Origin: Macrostomum lignano
Lineage: Eukaryota
Assembly: GCA_002269645.1 (NCBI GenBank)
Contig: NIVC01000739.1
Location: forward strand, 62,001-126,000
Direction of reading: 5' to 3'
Length of the DNA: 64,000 nt
Under the pieces are notes generated by a model. The model saw nothing but the letters and a program-made list of their open reading frames with translations. It did no database searches and had not been told where the DNA came from. Below, piece by piece: positions 1 through 11,043 of the stretch (positions are counted from its first letter, which is position 1; the number at the start of each line of letters is the position of its first letter). Position numbers and translations under genes: made by a program.

Positions 1-748
1 CATAGACGCAGTCAAGAATCTTGGCGGTCATTGAGAAATTCGGATCGCCCCTGTACACAAAGAAGGTGACCAAGCAGGACAGTCCGAACAGGAACACCAC
101 CAGGCTAAAACCGAACAGCAAGCCGCTGCACATGGTGAAGTCGTAGCGAGTCTGCACAGCGAACAGGGTGACGCCAAGGCACACGGCGGCGGTGACGCCA
201 AGGCACACGGCCACCGTGTTAGTCTGATAGCACGAAGCAATAACTCCAGTCATGAAGGACAAGCTAGCCGTGAAGATGGCCAAAGAAATAAAATTGCCAG
301 GAAATTTACGACGCAGCGGTGTAATGCAGACCAGAGCAAAGTACATGATAATAAAGATTCCGTAGGACACGTGGAACAGCCACAGATTGGATCTGGCAAA
401 TTGTTTCACAGGTTTCACAGCCGAGAAAATGATCACAACAGTGAAGGTGACCAACAGTTGGGCAAACAGTATCAGATAGACTTTGCGTATGAAGCCCCGG
501 CGGATCTCTTTATTGTCGAGGCCGCGGATAGCGAATTCGCCAACTTCATTGGTGGCGCCAGATTCCACATCGCCAGTAGATCCAGGCTGGTTACTAAAGC
601 CTTCATTTTTTATGCCCCCTGTACCCGAGCCCTGAGCCTGAGCAGCGCCAGCCTTTTGCGGACAGTCAGTGTAAGCTTCTGCCGGATATGGAGGCGGCTG
701 CACCTCAACTTCATTAGGATAATTTTTCAAAGGCTGATCAGCAGACAT
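1..748 (-). CDS. Lifeguard / TMBIM (Bax inhibitor-1 family, GRINA/FAIM2-like) membrane protein, 5' part; runs off the window start
   Basis: Open frame from ATG at 748 to the window edge: MSADQPLKNYPNEVEVQPPPYP...EIRRGFIRKVYLILFAQLLVTF...RRKFPGNFISLAIFT...QTRYDFT. Pro-rich N-terminus, the RxxFIRKVYxIL signature and several hydrophobic helices match Lifeguard proteins. Missing from the ORF track because no stop falls in the window. Confidence 0.92.
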   Translation of the reverse strand, partial: MSADQPLKNYPNEVEVQPPPYPAEAYTDCPQKAGAAQAQGSGTGGIKNEGFSNQPGSTGDVESGATNEVGEFAIRGLDNKEIRRGFIRKVYLILFAQLLVTFTVVIIFSAVKPVKQFARSNLWLFHVSYGIFIIMYFALVCITPLRRKFPGNFISLAIFTASLSFMTGVIASCYQTNTVAVCLGVTAAVCLGVTLFAVQTRYDFTMCSGLLFGFSLVVFLFGLSCLVTFFVYRGDPNFSMTAKILDCVY

Positions 749-3173
749 GGTTACAATTGGTTTCAGTGTTTTTATTATAACTTTAATCTGTTAGCAATAA
801 GCTGAAGGATAGAATTGGTAAAAAAATGGCATTTTAGGTTAGCATGATTAGCAATGCTACTTACTACAATTCCTTTTTTAAGTAGCCTAGCAAAATTGAC
901 ACAAAGCAACCTCTAAAATTACACTGGCTATTCAATTTAGTTTTGACTAGAACAGAAATGTTAGTTCTGCAGCTGACCCAAAAGCTAAGAAAAAAAGATT
1001 TTTGTTGCCACAGTTTAGCAAAAAGTCAAAAATCCTTTACAACAGGTTGCTTGATGGCCTGACTAGGGTTGGGGGGGGGGGCTGGCTTGACTAAGTATTT
1101 TTCTGGTCCCTTGTGTGTGGCCCCTACTCCCATTGCATTGTCGCCCCTCAGATTAGCCAGAAGGTGACATGTAGACACAGGGAGAAGTGGGCTAATGAAT
1201 GCCTCAACTGATAGCAATCCTAGGCAGTTGTCCTCTATCCTTTATTTGCCTATCACAGCACTATACTTGGACTCAACCTCAAGGACATCAGGATGGTAGC
1301 CATGACCATCTTGGGCATTTCTACCACTAAGAAAAATACCCATTCTTTTAGTGATGATCCATCTTTGCTTACCTAGATTACCTAGATGTTTGCTTTAAAG
1401 AATTCTACCAGTTAAAGGCTACTAGACAAGCAACTATTTACCTCCACAACTCTTGCATAGGGGACCAAGTAGCAGACACTACTACTGTCAGATGCCCCTG
1501 GAGAAAAAAACAATAACTACCTATGGTTGCCTAGGCTTAATAGAATAGGTAGCAACATTTTCCTATTATATCCAGATGCCTAGGGTATATTGTATCTAAG
1601 CCAATGCAAAAGAAAATTAACTTATTTAAATTTATTTTCTTATTTGGTTTTCAACTAGACTAATTGCAATGTTAGAAAAAGCTGGTTTACCATTATAGAA
1701 ATTAGAAATCTGTTTCATAATATATAATATAATATAATGTCATTTATTTTAAATTTTATATTTACATGTATCTATAAAAATAATAACTGTTTCTGTATGT
1801 TAGTGTTTAAATTACTTTGCTATATATAGACTTCCAAACAACTTTATTTTATTACAACAAATTTTGTATCTACCCTAAACTATCTTTAGGTTACCTTAGA
1901 ATTTCCTAAGTTTAAGACTTCCATATACTAAAAATTGTCTTCTTACCTAAAAGTGCAAAAAAACTGACAAAAAGTGCTATTTTTCACTAAATCCTTCATA
2001 GTGCTATTTCACTAATACCAATTATCTTTAAATTTGACACAAATAGTCTTCAACTAGTTAGACACAATTTTGTAAAATTCAAGTATAAAAGTTAATTCTG
2101 ATTGATGTTATGTACTTTTGAAGCTAGTTTGCTTTTTGTCATAAACGCCAACTTAAACTTTGCTCACATTTTCCTTCCTAATCTTGGCCTAGATGTGTAG
2201 GAGGTTTTAAAATTGGCTTAAATTTAGCTGCCATAAGTTTGCTCCACATAAAGACTTCAAACTTGATATAAAATGGGAGAAAAAAGAGGAAAAGGAAAGA
2301 GAAAGGAGGAAAGGGTCTAGGATTCTAAGAGATTTTTTGCCTAGCTTACTTTGTTATTATTGATCAATAACTCTTCTTTAATCATGGCTAGACACCCTGC
2401 TGCAACCACTACCACTACTTTAATCCCTATTGCAGATGCAACTTTAAGCTAACAATGTGCAATTTGATTATAATAATAGCCACCAACAAAGTGATAATTT
2501 ATTAGTTGGCTATGTACCACCTACTGGCCAACCAACAATGCTGTGCCACCTATCCTAGGCAGCGCACTTGTGCTTTTGCCATTGATGCACGAGTTGGCAT
2601 GTTGGAATCCCACTGTCAATTGACTATTAAGTTGTATTATAAATTTGAATGAGTGCTCAGAGAGGGGTCAAGGGGCAGAGCCCCCATATACTAACATTAA
2701 GAAGTTTTATCAAAATGCTGCACTTATCAAAATAATTGACTATATAAAAGGTCTCCCTCTCTCTCTGGTATGAATCTGACCAGAGCTGCAGCAGTCAATT
2801 GTATAAGGTCTAGGTAGACAAATTAACTTATTTTTTCGGGCTAGCTGTGCACAGAAAGGGGTGTCAGACAGAGAGGTGCAGCTAAAGGTAGAAAATATTT
2901 TATGGCAGATGCAGTAAGGGTCTAGGTGGGTCTAGGGAATGATTGATAATTGATGGCTATAAAATGTACCATAAGTGAGACAGCCTGAAGAAGTTTATTA
3001 AATTCCACGATAGTATACTGTCTAATTTATCTATCAGTCTTCAGTTCTTATCTCACAATCAGTTCTCTTATCTCCACAATGCAATGCCAGTTTTATGAGT
3101 GTAAAAGGAGCCCCCACCTCTCTAACTTGGAAATTTAAATATACTGCACATTGTTGTTGAGCTTCTATTTTTA

Positions 3174-4504
3174 CGAGGGGTGCACAAAAAGTCTTGGCAA
3201 CTGGCTCATAACTTTTTAAATAAACGTTTAAACGTAACCATTTTTTAATCTCATAAATATGACCATATTTTGCGTTTGTTCATAAATTTTCAGCTCATTG
3301 CATTGATTTTTTCGCTTCCTAGAGCATTTTTATTAATGTACAGTCTCGTTTTCAGCCTTCAAATGGAAAATATCACTGCTGATCAGTGGAGATTTTATGT
3401 TTTCATGCGATCGCAGCTCGGAGAAAATGCCACCAAAATTCATGCCGAGCTAGTCCAAGTTGTAGCAGATCAAGCCCCTTTGTACTGCACTGTCGCCCGT
3501 TGGATTGAACAGGTCAGTGCTGGTTGACGCTTCATGACCGACAGCCCTCGTTCTGGGAGGCCAATGACATCCGTGACCGAGCAGAACATTGTTGCTGTGC
3601 GACAGCTGGTGGACGAAGATTGCAATATCACTGTTGCACTACTTAGCCAGACAATCGGCATTTCTGATGGCAGTGTCCGAACCATCTTGTATGACCATCT
3701 TGGCCTCTGCAAGGTCACGGCCTGTTGGGTACCTCATGCACTGACAGCAGAGCAGAAGCAGGAGAGGGTTCGATGCAGCCAAGAATTTCTGCGATGCTTC
3801 GGCGAAGGTGGAACTAAACGACTTACTGATGTCGTGACTGGTGATGAGAAGTGGTTCTACTACTTCCAAGTGCCTCACAAGAACCAAAACAAGGTTTGGA
3901 TTGGTTCCGATGAAGACCGTCCAACTGTTCTGCACCTAGGGTTTCACTCAAGGAAGCAGATGTTTGTCGTCTTTTTCAGCATCAATGGGCCAGAGACAGT
4001 TGTTATGGTGCAAAATGGACAGAACGTCAATGCCACGTTCTATCCTGGCGAGGTTTTGCCTAAAGTCGTGGCTTCAGTCATGGAAAAGCAGCCAACCCGC
4101 CTCCAAAGTGGCAGAATTCACTTGCACCACGACAATGCCTCCAGCCATTCTGCGGCCATGACAACGAGCTTTTTGGCGGATAACAAGCTCAAAGTGATAC
4201 CGCACCCTCCGTACAGTCCTGATTTGGCACCCTGCGACTTCTGGGCATTCCCGAAGCTGACCGAACACATGGCTGGATGCCATTTTCAGCGGCCCCAAGA
4301 CCTGGCTCGCCGCATTAATTCAGAGCTGAACACCATGCCAGCTTCAGAGTACCGCGCTGCCTTCGAGGCATGGATCCGCCATCACCAGAAATGCATAGAA
4401 CGTGGCGGAGATTACATTGAAGGACTTTAATAATGTTTTAAGATTTACTAACAATTTATCTGCAATTGGGAACCCAGTTGCCAAAACTTTTTGCGCACCC
4501 CTTG
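3174..4504 (+). mobile_element. Mariner (Tc1/mariner, DD34D) DNA transposon, full length, 1331 bp
   Basis: 31-bp TIRs at 3174-3204 (CGAGGGGTGCACAAAAAGTCTTGGCAACTGG) and 4474-4504, 3 mismatches; TA on both sides (3172-3173, 4505-4506). Confidence 0.95.
3363..4430 (+). pseudogene. Mariner transposase with one in-frame TGA
   Basis: MENITADQWRFY... from 3363, TGA at 3525-3527, same frame resumes (RFMTDSPRSGRP). Motifs WVPHAL, VTGDEKW, HDNASSH, YSPDLAPCDF; 34 residues between second and third Asp. Confidence 0.92.
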
Positions 4505-5040
4505 TACATGTCGCTTTAATTGTCTATTCTTTGTCATCCAAGATAAATGGCTGCCCTCGTGAATTATGATCTTTTGCCACCACTGATTGATATGCAGTTT
4601 GCAGAAATAGCTAGTACCAGTATGTCCAGTGACGAGATATATATCACTTCTGTAGTGAGCAATCTGGAGAGAGAAATGCAAAGATTGGAAATCAAGAGTC
4701 CCATTTTGGATGTGGCTTATAGAAATGGCTTGCAAGAACTGATAGACGCAGACCCGGAGAAGCTATGCAACTTAGATGAGCTAGAAAGTGTAGCTATACA
4801 ATTGCAGAAGGACAACTAGTGCAAGTCCAGCATTGCAAAAGAGATGGCTGCTATCCAGCACTACAATGCTTGGCTACTGGAAAAGAAACTCCAAATGAAT
4901 TTCAAGACAGCACCCATACAAGCACAACCTCCAAAATTTGGTTGGCCATGCAACTTAGTTTTAACAAAAATGAGACGTAGTTTTTGGCCAAAAATGCAAC
5001 TTACATGTAAAAAACCCTAAGGCAAAATTAATGCAACTTT

Positions 5041-5104
5041 GGGTAAATGGCAGGCGTAACTATGACTGTCTTATTAAGTCAAAATGCCTCATCAGCTACT
5101 TAGT
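5041..5104 (+). other. Isolated degenerate 28S rRNA-like fragment (R2 / I-PpoI target region); not an rRNA gene
   Basis: By-eye ungapped comparison to the conserved LSU sequence recalled from memory (GGGTAAACGGCGGGAGTAACTATGACTCTCTTAAGGTAGCCAAATGCCTCGTCATCTAATTAGT): 50/64 identical. Confidence 0.65.
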
Positions 5105-5107
5105 ACT

Positions 5108-5893
5108 GGCTCATTCCATATAAGATGGACATATTTGGAAAATAGAAAAAAGTCAATATTTTTGCTTGCCATTGCCTAATTAGCCTATTTTTTTACCAAA
5201 TGTTTATATTGTGCAATATATACAATCTAAGAATAAAGGAATGGTAAAATATTGGATTAGTATGTTATCAATTGGCAAAAAGTCATTTTTGTAAAAATTT
5301 GGACATTTTTCGAAGCAAAAGACATCATTAAGATTTTGTACCTTTTAAAAACAAATAGAAAGCTTTTGAAGGTTGAAACAAACTATAGATAAAAGTATAG
5401 TACTTGCATCATCAGATAAAAGCATTGGTGACCAAATAATCTATTATATTTTTAATGTATTAGTACCTCAAAGTTACTGAATTGACAGAAAAAAATATGT
5501 TACGACCATAATGTTACGACCATAAGGCTGCCTTTTCTTTTGTATCTTTGTTGCCTTTTGAGTTTATATATTCTAATAAAAGAGTATGATTTCTAAAGAT
5601 GTTCTTAGTCAAATTTTAAAAATGTATTGCAAAATATCAAAAATGAAAAATGTTATAAGACTTTTACCTTTTAGTTTCTATATGTCGAAAATCCTGTCGT
5701 TACGACCATAAGTGTCATTTAAGGTTTAATAGCATCTATACTAATGATGATATCTATATGAAACTCTATAAATATATTCTAGACAAAATAATCTTTCATT
5801 TAAAATATTGGTTTAGTATATTCTATTATTAGATTTCATTTTATAAGTAAAAATAACCTGTCATGTTACGACCATGCTTATATGGAATGAGCC
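5108..5893. mobile_element. Non-autonomous TIR element (MITE-like)
   Basis: Perfect 17-bp TIRs GGCTCATTCCATATAAG (5108-5124) and CTTATATGGAATGAGCC (5877-5893); TACT on both flanks (5104-5107, 5894-5897); internal repeated TTACGACCAT motif. Confidence 0.75.
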
Positions 5894-8800
5894 TACTACT
5901 ACTTTGGTATTTTTTGGGTGGGCATTTTTGCAACTTTCTTGGTTGGCCACCAAATCAGTCGGCCAGATCGGCTGACTTGGCCAACTGTTGCGCATGTATG
6001 ACAGCACCTATGTAAAGATTACAAAAATCCTTTGCTATTTTTATGCATCACTGAAAAGTGAAGAAGCCAAATGGAAGCTACTATTTGCCGAATATACTAG
6101 TGGGTCTACAGGCCAGGCTGTTTTGTCATTTTATGAAGCTTTGAGGGTTGAACATCATTGCTAAGCCATAATTCCACAATGCTAATTATTTGAACTTGAA
6201 GCATGTCCGTAGCACCTTTATTTGTAATAGGGGTTGAATTCAACATGTTAGTGATTTACTCATAGAAGCTGAAAATCTATGTAAACTCACTGACTACTTT
6301 CTGAGGTAAGATCTTATTCAGCTTCAGAATGAGGTTTACTTTAATATGCTTTACTACTTTGGGAATTGTGGTCATAAGTGGATCAGAGGCCTAACCATGG
6401 ACTCATTCAAAGAAGTTTGTCTAGCAAATGGTACCACAGTGGTACTCATTAAGACTAGTGCTAGCAAGAATGTTTGTGGCTCACTCGCCATCAAAGAGAG
6501 CAATGACAACAGAGGCTTTAATGGTGGCAATTCCAGGTTCTTCATGCTGTCTTGTTGAGGCATTCCGACTATATTGCACCAAGATTTGCAAGGTTCCTGG
6601 GTGGAATGGTAAAGATTATTTTCTGAGACCAAAAGCTGTCATCAGATAGGGTGGACTCTGGTACACCAAGCAGCCAGTTGGTGTGAACAGCCTTAGTCCA
6701 ATGCTGAAGCAAATTTTGGCCAGTGCTAGACTTTCCAAGACTTACACTGCTTATTGTGTCCCTGTAACTGTGGTCACCAAACTGCATGAAGCTGGCATTG
6801 CTGTTGAGACAATCGCAAAGGCAATGGGGCACAAGGTAAGTCAAACTAAATAAAATGAGTTTATGCATATTTTTTTTTAAATTAAAATCATATGCAATAT
6901 ATGAGTGTACATGTGTATTGTGTACATTACTTCACTATTTCTTTATAAAAATGCTTCCTTCCGCAGGTCAGCACTTCAGTTGAGCGCCACATCCATTAGG
7001 GGAAAAAGAGAGAGAGCAAAATGGCACAGATCAGCACCTGCCTAATGGAGTCACTTGCCAGTCAAATGACTGGCTTCTCAAGCCCTTTATCCATGCCATT
7101 GGTGGCCACCAGAGAAGCTGGTGACACAGAAAAGATTCAAATCCAAGCTGATGGTCACAAGACAATGAAAATAGTTGCTCATGAGTCATGATGACACCAA
7201 TGTAGTTGAGATTCACTTTAACTAGCAGGACTGCATCTATATTTTCTTATGAAATCCATTTGTTAATTTTCAGTTTCAATGCTGGGAAAACCTGGAAAAT
7301 GAAATTTAACTTAGCACAGACACCCTGTAATGGCATTTGTTTATTTTTTAATTTGGTTTTATAAAACATTAAAATAAACTGTTTCTGAAAAGCTTTTGAC
7401 ATGTTACTGCTGAACATCTTGAATAAATCGCATGAATAAAGCTTGTGCAGGAATGACATCCTGCATGCATAAGTGTGCAAGAATGAAATCTTGCATGCAT
7501 GGTCAACCGACAATGTAGCTACCAAAATAGGAAAATGGTCATTTCACTGATAGCTGCTACTAGGCATGCTTTCAATGCTAGACATAAGCATTAATCCAAA
7601 AGGGATCCTTCTTTGAGGCCAGTCATTTGCCTATGACCTAGCTAATCAACCTTATTTACTAGTGGGCTATGTATGCCAAGTAGGAAAATACTTGGCAGCG
7701 TTGCAAAAACATTTCTATTTAGACAATTGTGGACTAGCAAAACTTCATCCAGGATATCTGCAGTTAGTACAAGACTACAATACTATCTACTACAGCTAAA
7801 AGAGCCTACTGTTGATATTAGAATTAATAAAAGCTATTTCTTTCACTACAGGAACTACCAAGACTAGTATTTACCATGTTAATAGGTTTCAGGGATAATT
7901 GAAAGGGGCTCTAACCATTGTATATATGATGATGGCTATATTGGATCATAGTGCAACCAATATCCTGCCACTTGTGCAATAGTATATTTTATCTAGGTTG
8001 CACATCATCACAGACAAGTGGTAGGCTTATAACTAGCTACCCAACCACTTGACTATAAATCATTGACTAAACTTCAAATTGATCTTACCAACCTAGATGT
8101 CATACAAACAACATAGAGAGCAAATAGGCCCATACTAAGGCTTGCTTCAAGGCCATGCATGGAACTTCAAGGCCCTTTTCAATATGGATGCTGACCAATT
8201 TGGCAACAAATAAATTTGGTAACAGAAATTCAAAATGGACCAATTCAGTCAAAGCAAATTTGGCAAAAATCTAGGCAAATTTAGTGATAATTAATGAAAG
8301 AAAAAATGGTATATAATTTGGATAATTCCTTTAATACAATTGTATTCTTAAATGCATATTAGCTTTCCCTTGTCATTAAGTTTTTTATAGATTATTTATC
8401 CTTGTGAGTTTTAAAAGTCCTTTCCAAAAATGTTTGCTAATTTAAGGTTGGATGACATTGTAAGCAAAAATGTTTGGGACTTGAAAAACAATTTTCTTGT
8501 ATGCCTAATAAGGTCTTTCCATTGGTTACAATGTTGGAAAAAGGGATTTGCAAAAATATGCCATGCAGAGAAAAATGACAAAATTAAAAAATGTCAAATG
8601 TCTCTTATTGTATGTACCACTATATTCTTGATGTGAAATGTCCAATTTAACAATACTTTTTTTGGTTAAACTTTATAAACTTTCATGAGCATTTTAAGAA
8701 AGCCTTTATTTCATATAATTTGTTTTAACTTGTCTTTAACTATTGTAAAAGGCCCCTCTTGTTTTATGTACAAAATCATCTATCTATACTTATTTCAAAC

Positions 8801-11043
8801 TTGCATAAAACAAAAAAAAAATTTTGTTTTAATATTTGTATTTTTAGAAATATTTTTCCATTTTTTTGTTTTAAACAACAATGAAAGCTAGTACAAATAG
8901 ACAAGTTTTGGAGCCAGAAGAGGCAACTTGGTTTGCAGACTCAAGTCTCAAAGCAAGCATTAATAATAGTGAACATATAACAGTGAGTTTTCAAGAAATA
9001 TTTAAGAAGTGTTTTTCAAGTTAATTATTTGCAGAGTAGAGTAAAATAGACCAAAGCATCTATAGTATATACTACTGAGAGGTAAAGTAGTAGAAGGAAA
9101 CAAAGTAGATCCTAAATCAATATAGATAAAAATAACTAGAGGCTATGACCCTCTGATCTCAATAATGCCTAGGATTAGAAATACATGCAATACATATACC
9201 AATAGACCAATATACCACACAGGCCAAATTACTAGTAGAATGCTACCAGAATAATAGTAATTGCTACCAGAATAATAAAGAAAAATACTTGAAAGGGCTA
9301 TATAGTATTCTAAGAATAATTTATAAACCAAATACTCACACTAATACTTAGATAAATACCTAGACAAATACTTAGAGATATACTTAGACTAATTCTAAGA
9401 AAAATTTCTTAGACTTATTCTAAGATTGATAAACTTATCATTTATTCATAGAATAGTCTTTGTGATTGGTGAAAGCTTGGTGAAAGCTACCAACATTAAG
9501 ACATTTTATATAGAACAAAGAATAGCCTTAGTACAACTCAGTAATAGCTTTAGGACAATTCATAAAGACAAAGGAATAACCCCTAGCATGTGTGGGTTCC
9601 CCAACAGATATTTTTTTCTTTGAATTAATAATTCAAACAAAAAATGAATTCATGTTACGGGATACATTCCTTACTCTGACGCCATATTCAGCTTTAAAAA
9701 TTTGTAAGCAGAAGTTTTATGTCCCAAAGGAAAAAACATTGGCACAAAAGCAAAGTATGTCAAAAGACAAATTTATTTGGCATCCCTTACAAACACATTT
9801 TTGAAGCAAATATCTTAGGAAATACAATATGAAAGGCAATGTGTCTAAGATGTCATTGCAAAGCTGAGACATGCATCAAGAATTGATAAAAGTTTTAGAG
9901 CAAATGATTGAACCATTGTGATGCAGCGATAAATCAAAGTTTTGGTTGATCTTGGTTGAAGATCCTTGATCAACAAAAAGTAAATTATACTAATAATAGT
10001 AATATTATGTGGTAACTTAAGTTAGACTTGGTTTTACTCTGCTTTATACCTAGACTAGGGCATAGACCTAGACTTAAACCTAAGTTTTATTTTGGTCAAA
10101 GTAGGCCTGGGCCCTACTGATTGCTTAGGCCCTATGCTTATTGGCTTGCCTAAATTCATAAATTGCTATAAACTAATGTAGTATAACTCTTAAGACGGCT
10201 ATCCTGTAGTTTTGCACATTAAATTATTACCCCCACCCCCACCACCCTTGAATAGAGGGCGAAATAATTCCGTAAAATAATTTAACGTGCGAAACTACAG
10301 GATAGCCCTTAAGACTAAGTATATTGTAAGTGTAGCCTTGGCCTACTTCTTGGCCTTGCCAAACAAAGTCTAAACAGTCAAATAGGGCCTAGGCCTAGAC
10401 CTATGCCAATAGACCTAGACTTAGCCTAGCTATAGGCTAGGCAGTTGTCAGTTGATCATTAGTTAGATCAAATTGTACTTTGTAGGCCTAGGACTTATAA
10501 GGAGTAGCTAGCCTGACTAGACTTAAATAAGAGTTTTTCTTAGTTAAGGCCTACCATACCAGTCTATCAATAATAAAACGGTGTGTCCTAGCCAAGGTCC
10601 AAGTCCAACATTGCCTAGGCAGCCTAGTATTACCTACAAATACGATGTCTGATGATACACACTACACAGAATTAGAACTATAATTTTGCATAGGAGTTGT
10701 ATAACTAACAACGTTATAGGCATAAACGTTAAAATTTAGGTCCTTTAAACATGTGAGTTATTTTGTGACTCAAGTATTCTTCAAATATTTAAAGATCCTG
10801 GTCGGCCTGGCTTGGGTCAATTATTAACTTTGGATAATTATTTTTACCTAAATTAAATTGAGCTTCAAGCTGCATTTTTTGTTCTTTGAAAGCTCATATT
10901 TTATTTCTATTTTTAAGTTGTCGTTCATGAATATAAAACATTATAACGTCTGTTTTTTTTAATTTTTGCAGTTTCTGTTATAATTTGTATACTTTCTTAG
11001 AAAGTTTGAAGTTCTTTCTTAGAAAGAAACCTTGAAAATTGGC

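Larger units (their letters stand above)
4547..7050 (+). mobile_element. Degenerate Crypton-type tyrosine-recombinase element (DUF3504-like), interrupted by insertions
   Basis: Fragments: 4547-~4930 (...LQKDN*CKSSIAKEMAAIQHYNAWLLEKK); ~6030-6560 (FYASLK...LYYFGNCGHKWIRGLTMDSF...KNVCGSL); 6540-6835 (CLVEAFRLYC...FLRPK...LWYTKQPVGVNSLSPMLKQILASARLSKTYTAYCVPVTVVTKLHEAG...MGHK); GT-AG intron, then STSVERH. Matches the CPV/RP/WY/PVGxN/NHSxRAT/GHKS/Y pattern of Crypton recombinases, with stops, frameshifts and catalytic changes. Confidence 0.75.

Noticed and set aside
371-805. 144-aa plus-strand ORF
   Set aside because: Antisense shadow of the Lifeguard CDS.
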